From a virus (lineage: Duplodnaviria; Caudoviricetes): a DNA stretch of 64,000 nt. Numbering within the stretch: position 1 is the stretch's first letter; each line of letters opens with the position of its first letter. This document shows positions 9,079 through 18,368 of this stretch, piece by piece. The stretch lies in the IMG/VR virus record IMGVR_UViG_3300021425_002620; one strand, 5' to 3'. Below the pieces are notes generated by a model, which made no database searches, had not been told where the DNA came from, and saw only the letters and a list, made by a program, of their open reading frames with translations. Made by a program: the position numbers and the translations under genes.

Positions 9079-9993
9079 TCACAATCTCGCTAGTTTAATT
9101 AGCACAGCGGCTAAATTAATTTCAGGATCTACGACCAATGTATGATCTACCATCCCTTGCTTAATAATTATCACTGCTTGATCTTGCTGTTCCTCGTTTC
9201 CGAACAATTCAATGTTATCATAAAGCCAGCGATATACTTCTTCCATTTCTTCTGGGCGAATGGCACCACACAAAAGCCTTCGTGCTTCTTGAATCTTACC
9301 TGCTTTAAACAGCTCAACCATATCAAGTTTCCAGTCGCTTTCGCCTGTGTCACCTTCATTAGGTTTGTTTAACGCACCGTCTACACTGTTCATTTGTACA
9401 GTGTTAATACATTTACGTAAGTCTGGATAAGTTGCTTTTACATAGGTATCGAGCGTATCCAAATCAGGAGTAACACCTTCGGTAATAAGGATTTCAGCAA
9501 CTCTAGCCGTGAACTCAGTTTGGTCAATCCTAGCAATGTGGAAGCCCTGACACCTACTATGCAAAGCGGGTATAATACGATTTGGATAGTTACAAGTAAG
9601 AATGAAACGAGCAGTAGTATGATACTCTTCCATAACACCACGCAACGCTGCCTGAGCGTTTGGAGATAAGTAATCAGCCTCATCAAGTAGCACCACCTTA
9701 AAGTCCCCAAATGGGATCATCTGTACAAAGTTTACAATTTTATCGCGAACATCATCTACAGAGTTTGTTCGCGATGCGTTAATTTCTAAAATGTCTAACT
9801 CATTTATATCTAATTCATTAAACAACAATTTTGCAAGTGTAGTTTTACCAATACCTGCATTACCACTAAACAGTAAATGTGGAATAGTTTTGTCTTTAAT
9901 CCAAGTTTGTACTTGTTTACGTTGTGCTTCGTCACGAAACACATAGCCATCTACTGTTTTAGGACGATACTTTTCTACCCAGAGTTCTTTCAT
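9079..9993 (-). CDS. clamp loader small subunit (RFC / T4 gp44-like)
   Basis: LWVEKYRP, GNAGIGKTT, EINAS, LLDEAD, FILTCNY, ALHSRC. Confidence 0.93.
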   Translation of the reverse strand: MKELWVEKYRPKTVDGYVFRDEAQRKQVQTWIKDKTIPHLLFSGNAGIGKTTLAKLLFNELDINELDILEINASRTNSVDDVRDKIVNFVQMIPFGDFKVVLLDEADYLSPNAQAALRGVMEEYHTTARFILTCNYPNRIIPALHSRCQGFHIARIDQTEFTARVAEILITEGVTPDLDTLDTYVKATYPDLRKCINTVQMNSVDGALNKPNEGDTGESDWKLDMVELFKAGKIQEARRLLCGAIRPEEMEEVYRWLYDNIELFGNEEQQDQAVIIIKQGMVDHTLVVDPEINLAAVLIKLARL

Positions 9994-10147
9994 CTACTTT
10001 CCTGTTCTAATCTAAATTGACAATAATAATTCATCCAAACTTCGTATGCTACATATGCTATTATAGCACCAAATACTGGTACTGTAAAGAAGTTTATCAA
10101 CATAAAATATGCAAACACAACTGCCGCTATATAATCATACCATCTAA

Positions 10148-10687
10148 TCAACGTGTTATACCTAGTTCTTTGTATGCAAGTTGTACACCTCTTGCCTGAA
10201 AATAAGCGTCAGCAAGAGCATTATGCAGGTCTGCTTGTCCTAGTACTTTACGTGGGTCTGTTTTACAACAACTAAAAAGTGTTCTGCTATCTTTTACTTG
10301 CCAAAATTGCCAAGGAATAGGTTTACCAGAACCTCTACACATATCTTCAAGTATTGTAAGATCAAAACCATAACCCTGACCCCAGATAGTATCTACACCA
10401 ACTACCCATTTTGATAGTTGTTTTAATGCTTCTTCGACACTGATCGAACCCGTTTGATCAAAGGCTTCATTTCTTGCTTTTTCGTCTTGTTTAGCCCACC
10501 ATTCAATAGTATCATCACTTATTGTTCGACCTAAACGATCCTGGTCATCTACACAAATTTTAAAGTATAGTTCTGAATGCGGTTCGCTTGCATCAAAAGG
10601 ATTAAATTTAATTGCACCTAAACTTAATACTACACAACTAGGTTTAGTGTCTAGTGTTTCAAGATCGATCATTGCATGTGTAGCCAT
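10148..10687 (-). CDS. 3'-5' exonuclease, DEDD family
   Basis: MIDLETL, FD..ILE, HNALADA motifs. Confidence 0.85.
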   Translation of the reverse strand: MATHAMIDLETLDTKPSCVVLSLGAIKFNPFDASEPHSELYFKICVDDQDRLGRTISDDTIEWWAKQDEKARNEAFDQTGSISVEEALKQLSKWVVGVDTIWGQGYGFDLTILEDMCRGSGKPIPWQFWQVKDSRTLFSCCKTDPRKVLGQADLHNALADAYFQARGVQLAYKELGITR

Positions 10688-10847
10688 TATTTCTTCCTAT
10701 TCTCTTGTCCAATACCAGATACAATTAAAAACACGTATAACAATGGCCAAGCCCAGCCAGATAAGTATCCTGTAATATGTAGTGCCATTAAAGTTATACC
10801 AGTTAAACCAGTAGTTCCAACGCCACTACTTTGCGGTGTAGGAAATT

Positions 10848-11432
10848 TCATTTATTTTCTCCTGTAACTATATCGTAAATTTCACCCCAATTTTTAACTC
10901 TTGTAAAAGAGTCATCGTGCATGTTATATCCATGCTCCATTACCAAAGGACGTAAACCTACGTTAGCACCTGCTTGTGCATTTTCTACTTTATCTTCGAT
11001 CCACCAAAGATTGCTTCCTTCAAATTGTTCTAGTACTTTGTCTTTATCGGCACCAGTACCTAAACAAATTAATTCTTTAAATGTGCCTTCACCAAAAACT
11101 TTATCTAAATTCTTTTTACGTAACTTTTGTGCATATTTGTTTTTGCTAAGGCTTGTAATACAAATAAATTGCCAACCTTCGTCTGCTAGTTTAGTAACAT
11201 ATTCTACTGCATCACGTAAGGCCGGTAAAAAACCAATCATGGCACTTTCATTAAAATGCCTGATCATAGTATGTCCTTGATTATTAGAGATATTATAACG
11301 CTCGCCAATGTTGTACAACAATCTTGCACCCTTAACCTCTTTGAAACCATGCTCTTCCATGTATAGGTTGAATGCATATTCCCAATTAAATAAGACGCCA
11401 TCTGCGTCCACTAACATTGTTTTTTTCATCAT
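10848..11432 (-). CDS. HAD-family 5'(3')-deoxyribonucleotidase-like protein
   Basis: LVDADGVL motif I, ITS motif II, WIEDK motif IV. Confidence 0.8.
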   Translation of the reverse strand: MMKKTMLVDADGVLFNWEYAFNLYMEEHGFKEVKGARLLYNIGERYNISNNQGHTMIRHFNESAMIGFLPALRDAVEYVTKLADEGWQFICITSLSKNKYAQKLRKKNLDKVFGEGTFKELICLGTGADKDKVLEQFEGSNLWWIEDKVENAQAGANVGLRPLVMEHGYNMHDDSFTRVKNWGEIYDIVTGENK

Positions 11433-11468
11433 AAAGCCTCTCTTGCCTAATATTTTACTTACTGTATT

Positions 11469-11497
11469 ATATTAGCATCAGAGAGGCTTTTTGTCAA
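11469..11497 (-). promoter_or_regulatory. sigma70-type promoter
   Basis: TTGACA-17nt-TAATAT upstream of the HAD gene. Confidence 0.6.
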
Positions 11498-11512
11498 GTG
11501 TTTTTTAAAAAT

Positions 11513-11932
11513 TTATATGAAAGTTGCAAGTTTGGGGGCTTGCCAATTTTTAGGTTTTAGAACTTTGCCGTCTTCTCGTTTGATAACTTTACCAGTATTA
11601 GGGTCAATTTTAGCAAAGTTTGTACTCATAACTTCTTTCCACGCTGCTTCGCCGTTGAATCCACCTGAGTGTATGGCACCAATTGTAACCACTAAGATGT
11701 CAATTAGTGCATCTAATTGTTCAACACGATCGTGTCCTTGAAGAGCTACATCTAGTTCTTCTACTTCTTCTTTGATCAAATCTAGATACATATCATATTG
11801 ATCTGAATTATATTGATTAGTAGTTTGATCACACGCTTGCATAAATTTTTCTTGATCTGCAAAGGGTGTAACTTCTACATTTACGTTATTTTGTTCTCTA
11901 GTTTCTGCTGTTGGTCCGTAATGAACGCCCAT
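11513..11932 (-). CDS. MazG-like / all-alpha NTP pyrophosphohydrolase
   Basis: LIKEEVEEL...DALIDILVVTIGA...EVMSTNFAK...REDGKVLKP. Confidence 0.8.
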   Translation of the reverse strand: MGVHYGPTAETREQNNVNVEVTPFADQEKFMQACDQTTNQYNSDQYDMYLDLIKEEVEELDVALQGHDRVEQLDALIDILVVTIGAIHSGGFNGEAAWKEVMSTNFAKIDPNTGKVIKREDGKVLKPKNWQAPKLATFI

Positions 11933-11942
11933 TGTTTACCTC

Positions 11943-12323
11943 TTATTGATTTATAAATGAACTAGGGTCGATAGTAGCATGTTCACCATCGCCGTATTCT
12001 GCTCCAATTTGAACAGAATTTGGTTTTTCGTTTGCCCAACCCAAAACAGATTCAGCTTCTGCCATTCTGAGTTCAACATCGTTTAATTTAAATGCTCGAG
12101 TCCAGCGACCATGTTCGATAAGAATCCAATCGTCTACTTGATACTCGTCATTATTTTCTGGTCCTTTAGAATGTACTTGTCCCCAACGTGGGTAGATACC
12201 ACGAGTTTTTCCATCATCGCTGCTGATAATTAGACCACTTGCGGTTTGTTGTTCTCCGAAGTACATATTTTTAATAAGGACACGATTGCCAATAGGCTCT
12301 GCTACTCCTTCGAAAGATTTCAT
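11943..12323 (-). CDS. groES: GroES-like co-chaperonin
   Basis: EPIGNRVLI...TASGLII...GQVHSKGP. Confidence 0.78.
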   Translation of the reverse strand: MKSFEGVAEPIGNRVLIKNMYFGEQQTASGLIISSDDGKTRGIYPRWGQVHSKGPENNDEYQVDDWILIEHGRWTRAFKLNDVELRMAEAESVLGWANEKPNSVQIGAEYGDGEHATIDPSSFINQ

Positions 12324-12326
12324 TTT

Positions 12327-12749
12327 TTAACTACCTTTTTTTACAAAATTGCCGTCGTTGTCTTCAACCCATTCGTCGTCCATATCTTCAAACATTTCTT
12401 GTTCATCTTTAGACAACTCAGCTTCTTCTACTTTTTGCTGGGCTTTAGAAGTTTTTTTAGTACTTGCCTTTGGCTTTTCTTTTGTTTCAACCTGTGCAGT
12501 ACTTACTGGCGCTGCTAAATGACTTGGTTCATCAGCAACTGGCATTGAAGAATTGTTATAATAGTCTTTAATAACATCTTCACGCTTTTTAATAATTTTA
12601 CCGCCAGGGCCTAATTCGTCGCCACGTGCATTTACACGCACATTGCCTACTGCCGGAGTAAGTTCATTTCTTTTGCGTAGTAAGTCCATATCAATTTGCT
12701 TACCTTGCATTGTTGTATAGGTCTTTTGACCTTTTTGTCTTTGTGCCAT
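12327..12749 (-). CDS. conserved phage hypothetical protein
   Basis: 140-aa ORF with AGGAG SD and GATAAATA motif at 12776-12783. Confidence 0.75.
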   Translation of the reverse strand: MAQRQKGQKTYTTMQGKQIDMDLLRKRNELTPAVGNVRVNARGDELGPGGKIIKKREDVIKDYYNNSSMPVADEPSHLAAPVSTAQVETKEKPKASTKKTSKAQQKVEEAELSKDEQEMFEDMDDEWVEDNDGNFVKKGS

Positions 12750-12778
12750 TTTAATTCTCCTGTGAATTATGTACGTAT

Positions 12779-13306
12779 TTATCTCAAGAACTCACGCCAG
12801 TCTAGGCCATATTGGATTGAATTTATCTTATGTACTCCTATCAAATATAACACATAACTAGCAACACTTGATCCACGTCCTACACCCCATACAATCCCAT
12901 TCTCACGCATAAAATCTACAAGATAGATCATATAGCGTAATAGTGGATACATATCACGTTGTTTATATGCTTCTAATTCTTCTAAGCACCTAGCCCACTC
13001 TGTTGTAAGTTTGCCGCCTATCTTACCTAATAAATGTGCTTCAACATCTAGCTCTTTATATTCATCAGGCATAAACCATTCACTTTGACATACATTGTCA
13101 AAAGTCTTTTGATCTACATCTAATGGAATGTACTTTTGTAGTTTGTCAAAGCCTTGCTCTTCCATAGCAGTATTGAACTTGTCTACATCGTCGTTTGCAT
13201 CGCACAATACCACATGGACTTTATCCGCATGACCACTATAGATCATATCGATCAAATCGCGATTAGAGAATCGTGGAATACCTAGTTCGTCTGTTTTCAT
13301 AAGCAT
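12779..13306 (-). CDS. DNA polymerase III alpha (DnaE)-like fragment
   Basis: WFMPDEYK, R..EEL, GVGRGSSVASYVLYLIG DnaE palm motif; only 175 aa. Confidence 0.8.
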   Translation of the reverse strand: MLMKTDELGIPRFSNRDLIDMIYSGHADKVHVVLCDANDDVDKFNTAMEEQGFDKLQKYIPLDVDQKTFDNVCQSEWFMPDEYKELDVEAHLLGKIGGKLTTEWARCLEELEAYKQRDMYPLLRYMIYLVDFMRENGIVWGVGRGSSVASYVLYLIGVHKINSIQYGLDWREFLR

Positions 13307-13312
13307 ACAAGT

Positions 13313-13341
13313 ATTTTAACTGATATTGATTAAATTGTCAA
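13313..13341 (-). promoter_or_regulatory. sigma70-type promoter, probably giving a leaderless mRNA
   Basis: TTGACA-17nt-TAAAAT; ATG at 13306 lies 7 nt after the -10; no SD. Confidence 0.6.
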
Positions 13342-13549
13342 GATCAGAATCACTGTTTTCTTGTGATTTTTGGAAAGATTTTGCCCTACGAGAGCGCAAT
13401 TCTTCTTGATACATAAAAAGAATAGTATTAATTTGGCTTTGTACTTCTGGGTTTCTTGTCATCCAATATTTACGACTGAGCTCGATTGCTTTTTCTTCGA
13501 GCTCATTATCACTTAAATCTGATAAACTGTCAACAAGAGGATTGAACAT
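13316..13549 (-). CDS. hypothetical protein
   Basis: 77-aa ORF co-oriented with neighbours. Confidence 0.65.
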   Translation of the reverse strand: MFNPLVDSLSDLSDNELEEKAIELSRKYWMTRNPEVQSQINTILFMYQEELRSRRAKSFQKSQENSDSDLDNLINIS

Positions 13550-13551
13550 TA

Positions 13552-14166
13552 TTATTCAAACTGTCCTAATAGTTTGGCAAACACTTTTTGTCCATTATCT
13601 CTAGTCCAAAAATCAATAACAATTGGATCTGTATTGTTTGGAACATTAACAACTAATGAAGTTGCGGTGCTTGATGCGTCCCAGTTGTCAGAAGATAGTC
13701 TTTTAAATTCGCCTGAGTTTTCACTTAAAAAAGTAATTTCTCTTGTAGAAGCAGAATCGCTTAATAGTTCAACACGCATTTTTGCATAACCTTCATCTGG
13801 CCATTCTGAAAGTGTAAGCGTAATGTTTCCTGTTGACGATACTGCTTGATAGTGTCCGTTTTGAAAACTAAGGTTTTGATTAGCTGAAACACCATCACTA
13901 ACTAGTACTTGTTCTGTAGATTGATTTAAGTTCGCTCTAGTTAAAGTGCCGCCTGCTAGGTTGTTAATTTCTGCTAGTTCAGTGTCGTCGCCTGTTAGTG
14001 CAGATTTTAAAATAACTTTACTTTGTAGATCTTCTACTTCTGCTTTTGCTGCTGCTAAACTATCTTTAATAATTGTAAAATTATCACGAAATCCTTGGCT
14101 GTCGTTATCGACACCTGCTACTGGATATTCGTTATCTATTGTTAAACTTATAATGTTACTGGCCAT
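13552..14166 (-). CDS. putative virion structural protein
   Basis: GVDNDSQGFRDNF N-terminal motif; follows baseplate gene; CTAAATA motif upstream. Confidence 0.65.
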   Translation of the reverse strand: MASNIISLTIDNEYPVAGVDNDSQGFRDNFTIIKDSLAAAKAEVEDLQSKVILKSALTGDDTELAEINNLAGGTLTRANLNQSTEQVLVSDGVSANQNLSFQNGHYQAVSSTGNITLTLSEWPDEGYAKMRVELLSDSASTREITFLSENSGEFKRLSSDNWDASSTATSLVVNVPNNTDPIVIDFWTRDNGQKVFAKLLGQFE

Positions 14167-14200
14167 TTTATATCTTCTCCATATGTATTATTTAGCGTAG

Positions 14201-17200
14201 TTAAACATTAAAGATATAGTTTTGGAATACTATATAACGTTCTTCATTAATACCTTCTGCGCTATCTAGTACATATCTGTCAATGTCTAAGTTTAAATTT
14301 TTAAAGTCAAATTGTCCTTCTTTTAGTGCATTTAAAACATTAAGTCTAACTTGCTCTGCTTGTCCTTCTTTACAGTATGCTAACGGTATTGCTAATACAT
14401 ATCCTAGTTCTTGTATTGTATTTTCTTGTGGTGTTCGCATCCAAAGAGGTAGATACTTACTTTGACTCTTTCCTATTTCTTCTAATTTTTCTCTCATGTT
14501 AGAAATATTACTAATGTAATATCTTAACTCATTTGCTGAATTGATTACTACTGCGTTAGTGTCTGCTTTAATATTGTTTACTATTTTATCTCTAAATCTT
14601 TGACGTAGTGGTTCAGAGTCTGAAATGTCAATATCAATGTTTACTTCAGTTACACCATCTCTAAGTGTAATATCAATATCATTGTTGTCAAGCTCTTGCT
14701 GTAACGGTATGCCTTCTCTATTTCGAATAGTAAAACTATTCTCGCCGTCAATAACTACTTCTTGATCTCTAAATCTTCCATCGACTGGAACTGTGTTTAC
14801 ACCTGTATCTTGTGCTGTTGTATCATCTTTTGTTTCAATAGCAACACTATCAACAGTGATTGCTGGATCAGGTTTTGCTATAACAAAATCTGCTGTTTTT
14901 CCGCTAGTTGGCTCTTGCGGGTCAACTACTTCTAAATAAACAACTTCGTAAATTGTATCAGTTGTTCCTGGTTCTCTTGCTTTTGCTGTTTTAATTGCAC
15001 CTGTTCTGTATTGTTTACGTTTATGATTTTTGGCCGCAGCGGCTACAAACTCGTCTATTTTCTTAGTTTCAATGCCGGCATATGCTAGTATATTAATAGT
15101 TGGTTGTATACCAAAATTTGGATCGGCTGCCCTGTATATTGTATTTGGTGGAAATACTAAAGGATCGCTAATAAATCTTCTGTATTGATCTCTCATAGAT
15201 GGACTTAACATTGGACGCATATACAAATTACTGTACAATGTATCATCTTCATCATTGATAAGAACTGTAAATTCTTGTGTTATTGCACTATAACCAAACC
15301 TGTCTGCTGCTTTAATAGTAAACGTTTTTCTTCTATCAATACTTGTAGTACCTTCATCTAACGAAAAGTTTGCACCGTCAAATGTAGTTAAGCCTAAATT
15401 TTCTAGTGTACCAAACTGTGCTACTTTTCCAACAATTTCTCCATTGTATGCTAAACTTAGACCATTTGGTAAAGAACCGCTTTCAAGTGTATACACTAGT
15501 CTTGCATCTGGAACAGTTGTTGCTGCTACAACTCTAAGTGTGCTAATAAAGTTTGCTGTAATAGTTCCTAAATCTGATGGAGTGATCCATTGTATAGTAC
15601 TATCAACTTCTCCAAGAACTTTTAAACTAAATGTTTTAGATGTAGCAGGGTTTGTTATATCGCTGTTTGCTGTGCTAATAATAGACTTTTCAAAAAAGTC
15701 ATCTTCAAATAATGCTAGTCCATATCTTTCACCAATTGCCCATTCTCTGCCAGGCTGGAAGTTTTCGTTAAATTTAACAACACTAACATTATCGTTTATT
15801 AGCTCGTAAACTAAATCATCGTCGGTTCCTGCATCATAAAAAATTTGTCTTATTTTGTATTCTCGAGTATAGATACTTTTAGGAGCCTTAAATCTAACAA
15901 AATCTCTATCTGCTGATAGTATATTAACTGGCCAAGGTTTAGGATCAGAGCCATCATTTAGTCTAAAAATTCTTAAAATTTTATCAGCCATTGGTTCAAT
16001 GGCACCTCCAACAATAGGTTCTTGATCCCCTGCTGACAAATTAATTTCTATGCTGCTGCTTGGACTTCTAATCGTCCATTCTACATAGTCTATTATTTCT
16101 TTTACACTATAACTTTCAGTGTTAGTAAATTTTAAATTTTTACCTATAAAATTTTGTGCTGCTATAAAATTAATTCGTTCAACGTATAGGTAATAACTTT
16201 CAAGAGTTTGATTTTGCTGTATTATAAATTCTATCTTAGGTTCTAAAGGCGTAGTTAATGTTATAATATCAAAGTCGTCATTTGTTCCATCAACTGCTTC
16301 AACTAGGTAAGAACGTCCTTCAAGTGATAGTCGTAGTCCTCTTAGTACTGCAAGATCTTCAATACCGTCGTTGAGTGTCACACCGTCTTGTTCAGTTAGT
16401 GGTAGTTTATAAATTTTAAACGATCTATTACCAGACTGTGTATCTTCATATATTGTTCCTGTAACAATAGCATAATCAAGATCTAATGAAAAACGTGTTG
16501 CTGTTATTGTAAATTTATATTCTTTTGTTACTGCTGGCTGATATCCCAGTGTCCCTGCAATTTCTCCTGAGATAGTATCAAGTTTTGTTCCTGCTGGAAT
16601 AACACTTGGCGATCCGTCATCATTAAAATCTTCTAGATTATAAAGAACTTTACCATCAAGTGTGTCTGAATCGTATACATCTAAATAAACAATAACATTA
16701 TTGTTAGCACGTTTGTATCCTAAGTCTGCAGGCGTTAACCATATTGGCTGTCTAATATTAGTATTGTCAGCTCTAAATATACCTGTAGAAATTTTTAGTA
16801 TGGAATTATCAGCACGTAAGAAATCGTCACCAACTACATATATTCTAAATATACGTTGTGGAGGATTTTCAGTGTAACCGTCGTTTACTGTTACTCTAAA
16901 CTCATAGTATCTATTTAATTTTTTTGGTGTTTGTGATTCGTAAGCAAAGTCAAAGGTAAAAGTATCATAAAAGAAACTATCCCAACCGTTGTCACTGCGT
17001 ATAGCAAAATCTGATGGAAATATATCATAAGGTGATGTATCCCAGCCTCCTGATTCTGCACGTTTGTCTAGTGCAAGTAATGGTTCAACTACACCAACAA
17101 TTTTACCTTCGGGCGTAAGAGATATACCAGGAGGAAGTTCTCCGTCACCAGGTCTAATATAATATTCTAACGGCTGTCCTGCACTAACATCAGGATCTTG

Positions 17201-17578
17201 TGCTATAAGTTGATAATCAATAAATTCATTGTCAAGGATAAAGAAACTATCTCCGCGACCAACTGGAAGCAAGTCAGGATTTGTAACCCAAAACGGTTCG
17301 TCTTCGTCACCTACTAAAAATATAATAGTACGATCTTCAAATCCATCTGGACTAACTGCTCTAAAAACTACTTTATATTCTATAGTAGTCGGTAGTTCAA
17401 ATGGTGTTCCCCTAACTTCAAGTTCTTCTATTCTTACGCCATCAGGCAATTTACCTGCAATAACATGTATTTCAACTACATCACTTGATATAGGTAATGT
17501 TAGATCACCAGGATCTAACCTAACTCTTTCTGTAAGAGTAATAGTATGGTTGTTGGGTACATTCCAGAGATTTGCCAT
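14201..17578 (-). CDS. baseplate wedge-like protein with Ig-like (He_PIG-type) repeats
   Basis: Repeats G.LP.G+.L...G.I.G (e.g. SGSLPNGLSLAYNGEIVG); C-terminus IDRYVLD; GATAAATA at 17603-17610. Confidence 0.7.
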   Translation of the reverse strand: MANLWNVPNNHTITLTERVRLDPGDLTLPISSDVVEIHVIAGKLPDGVRIEELEVRGTPFELPTTIEYKVVFRAVSPDGFEDRTIIFLVGDEDEPFWVTNPDLLPVGRGDSFFILDNEFIDYQLIAQDPDVSAGQPLEYYIRPGDGELPPGISLTPEGKIVGVVEPLLALDKRAESGGWDTSPYDIFPSDFAIRSDNGWDSFFYDTFTFDFAYESQTPKKLNRYYEFRVTVNDGYTENPPQRIFRIYVVGDDFLRADNSILKISTGIFRADNTNIRQPIWLTPADLGYKRANNNVIVYLDVYDSDTLDGKVLYNLEDFNDDGSPSVIPAGTKLDTISGEIAGTLGYQPAVTKEYKFTITATRFSLDLDYAIVTGTIYEDTQSGNRSFKIYKLPLTEQDGVTLNDGIEDLAVLRGLRLSLEGRSYLVEAVDGTNDDFDIITLTTPLEPKIEFIIQQNQTLESYYLYVERINFIAAQNFIGKNLKFTNTESYSVKEIIDYVEWTIRSPSSSIEINLSAGDQEPIVGGAIEPMADKILRIFRLNDGSDPKPWPVNILSADRDFVRFKAPKSIYTREYKIRQIFYDAGTDDDLVYELINDNVSVVKFNENFQPGREWAIGERYGLALFEDDFFEKSIISTANSDITNPATSKTFSLKVLGEVDSTIQWITPSDLGTITANFISTLRVVAATTVPDARLVYTLESGSLPNGLSLAYNGEIVGKVAQFGTLENLGLTTFDGANFSLDEGTTSIDRRKTFTIKAADRFGYSAITQEFTVLINDEDDTLYSNLYMRPMLSPSMRDQYRRFISDPLVFPPNTIYRAADPNFGIQPTINILAYAGIETKKIDEFVAAAAKNHKRKQYRTGAIKTAKAREPGTTDTIYEVVYLEVVDPQEPTSGKTADFVIAKPDPAITVDSVAIETKDDTTAQDTGVNTVPVDGRFRDQEVVIDGENSFTIRNREGIPLQQELDNNDIDITLRDGVTEVNIDIDISDSEPLRQRFRDKIVNNIKADTNAVVINSANELRYYISNISNMREKLEEIGKSQSKYLPLWMRTPQENTIQELGYVLAIPLAYCKEGQAEQVRLNVLNALKEGQFDFKNLNLDIDRYVLDSAEGINEERYIVFQNYIFNV

Positions 17579-17621
17579 ATAAACTTTTTCCTTTTACATA
17601 GCTATTTATCGGAATTTGAGC

Positions 17622-18308
17622 TTAACTAAATTGACCAAAGTCTAAATCTAAGTCTGTTGGTGCGTCTACAGTTCCAAATTCAATATCAATGTAATATCTA
17701 AAATAGTCAAGAAAAGAATTAATTCCTGTTCCTTTTGGTTCTCCGAAATCAAAGTCATTAAAGAAACCGTTATGATCTCTAATATCTATTCCGTGAACAA
17801 GGGATTGAACATTTGCTGCTGTCATTAAATCGACATTTACAATATCATTTTGGTTTGCATTTAGTGTTGCATTTAATGAAGGATTTGTATCCGATGCTAA
17901 TGATGCATTACCTGAAATTTTAACAGCATTACTATTTTGATCAACAGTTGTAGTAATACCTTGTTCACCAACAACTCTTAATGCTTGTCTTGCTGGCACA
18001 GTCATTGCACCAGTATTGGCAATGATATCTCTATCAGCAAGAGTCGAATCAACAGCTATTGTAATAGAATTAGTGTTTTCTGTTACATTTACACTATCAC
18101 CACCTATAATAGATCTAAACTCTAAGTCGTAACCGTTTCTTATTTTGAAAATTCCTGCACCTGTTCCTAAGTTTAAACCTTCTGTTTTATCGTCAATACG
18201 TAAGTCTAGGTCTTCTAAACTACGATTTACCTTTATAAATGCTTCACGAAGATCGTCACCTGTGCCGTCGTTTGCTATTCTACCAATGTTAATTAATTCT
18301 ATTGCCAT
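17622..18308 (-). CDS. tail/baseplate structural protein
   Basis: INIGRIANDGTGDDLREAFIKVN N-terminal motif of T4-like tail proteins, also present in the 3064-aa protein. Confidence 0.7.
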   Translation of the reverse strand: MAIELINIGRIANDGTGDDLREAFIKVNRSLEDLDLRIDDKTEGLNLGTGAGIFKIRNGYDLEFRSIIGGDSVNVTENTNSITIAVDSTLADRDIIANTGAMTVPARQALRVVGEQGITTTVDQNSNAVKISGNASLASDTNPSLNATLNANQNDIVNVDLMTAANVQSLVHGIDIRDHNGFFNDFDFGEPKGTGINSFLDYFRYYIDIEFGTVDAPTDLDLDFGQFS

Positions 18309-18331
18309 GGATTCATCCTATCTGTTATATG

Positions 18332-18349
18332 TATTTATCAAGATAAATA
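18332..18349. promoter_or_regulatory. back-to-back late-promoter-like motifs
   Basis: Inverted repeat TATTTATC-AA-GATAAATA between divergent genes 18308(-) and 18369(+). Confidence 0.6.
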
Positions 18350-18368
18350 GTTTATACAGGAGATATTA

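Noticed and set aside
12779-13306. Intein or intron explaining the short DnaE
   Set aside because: No intein splice motifs or intron-like flanks; the ORF ends with a normal stop followed by a late-type motif.
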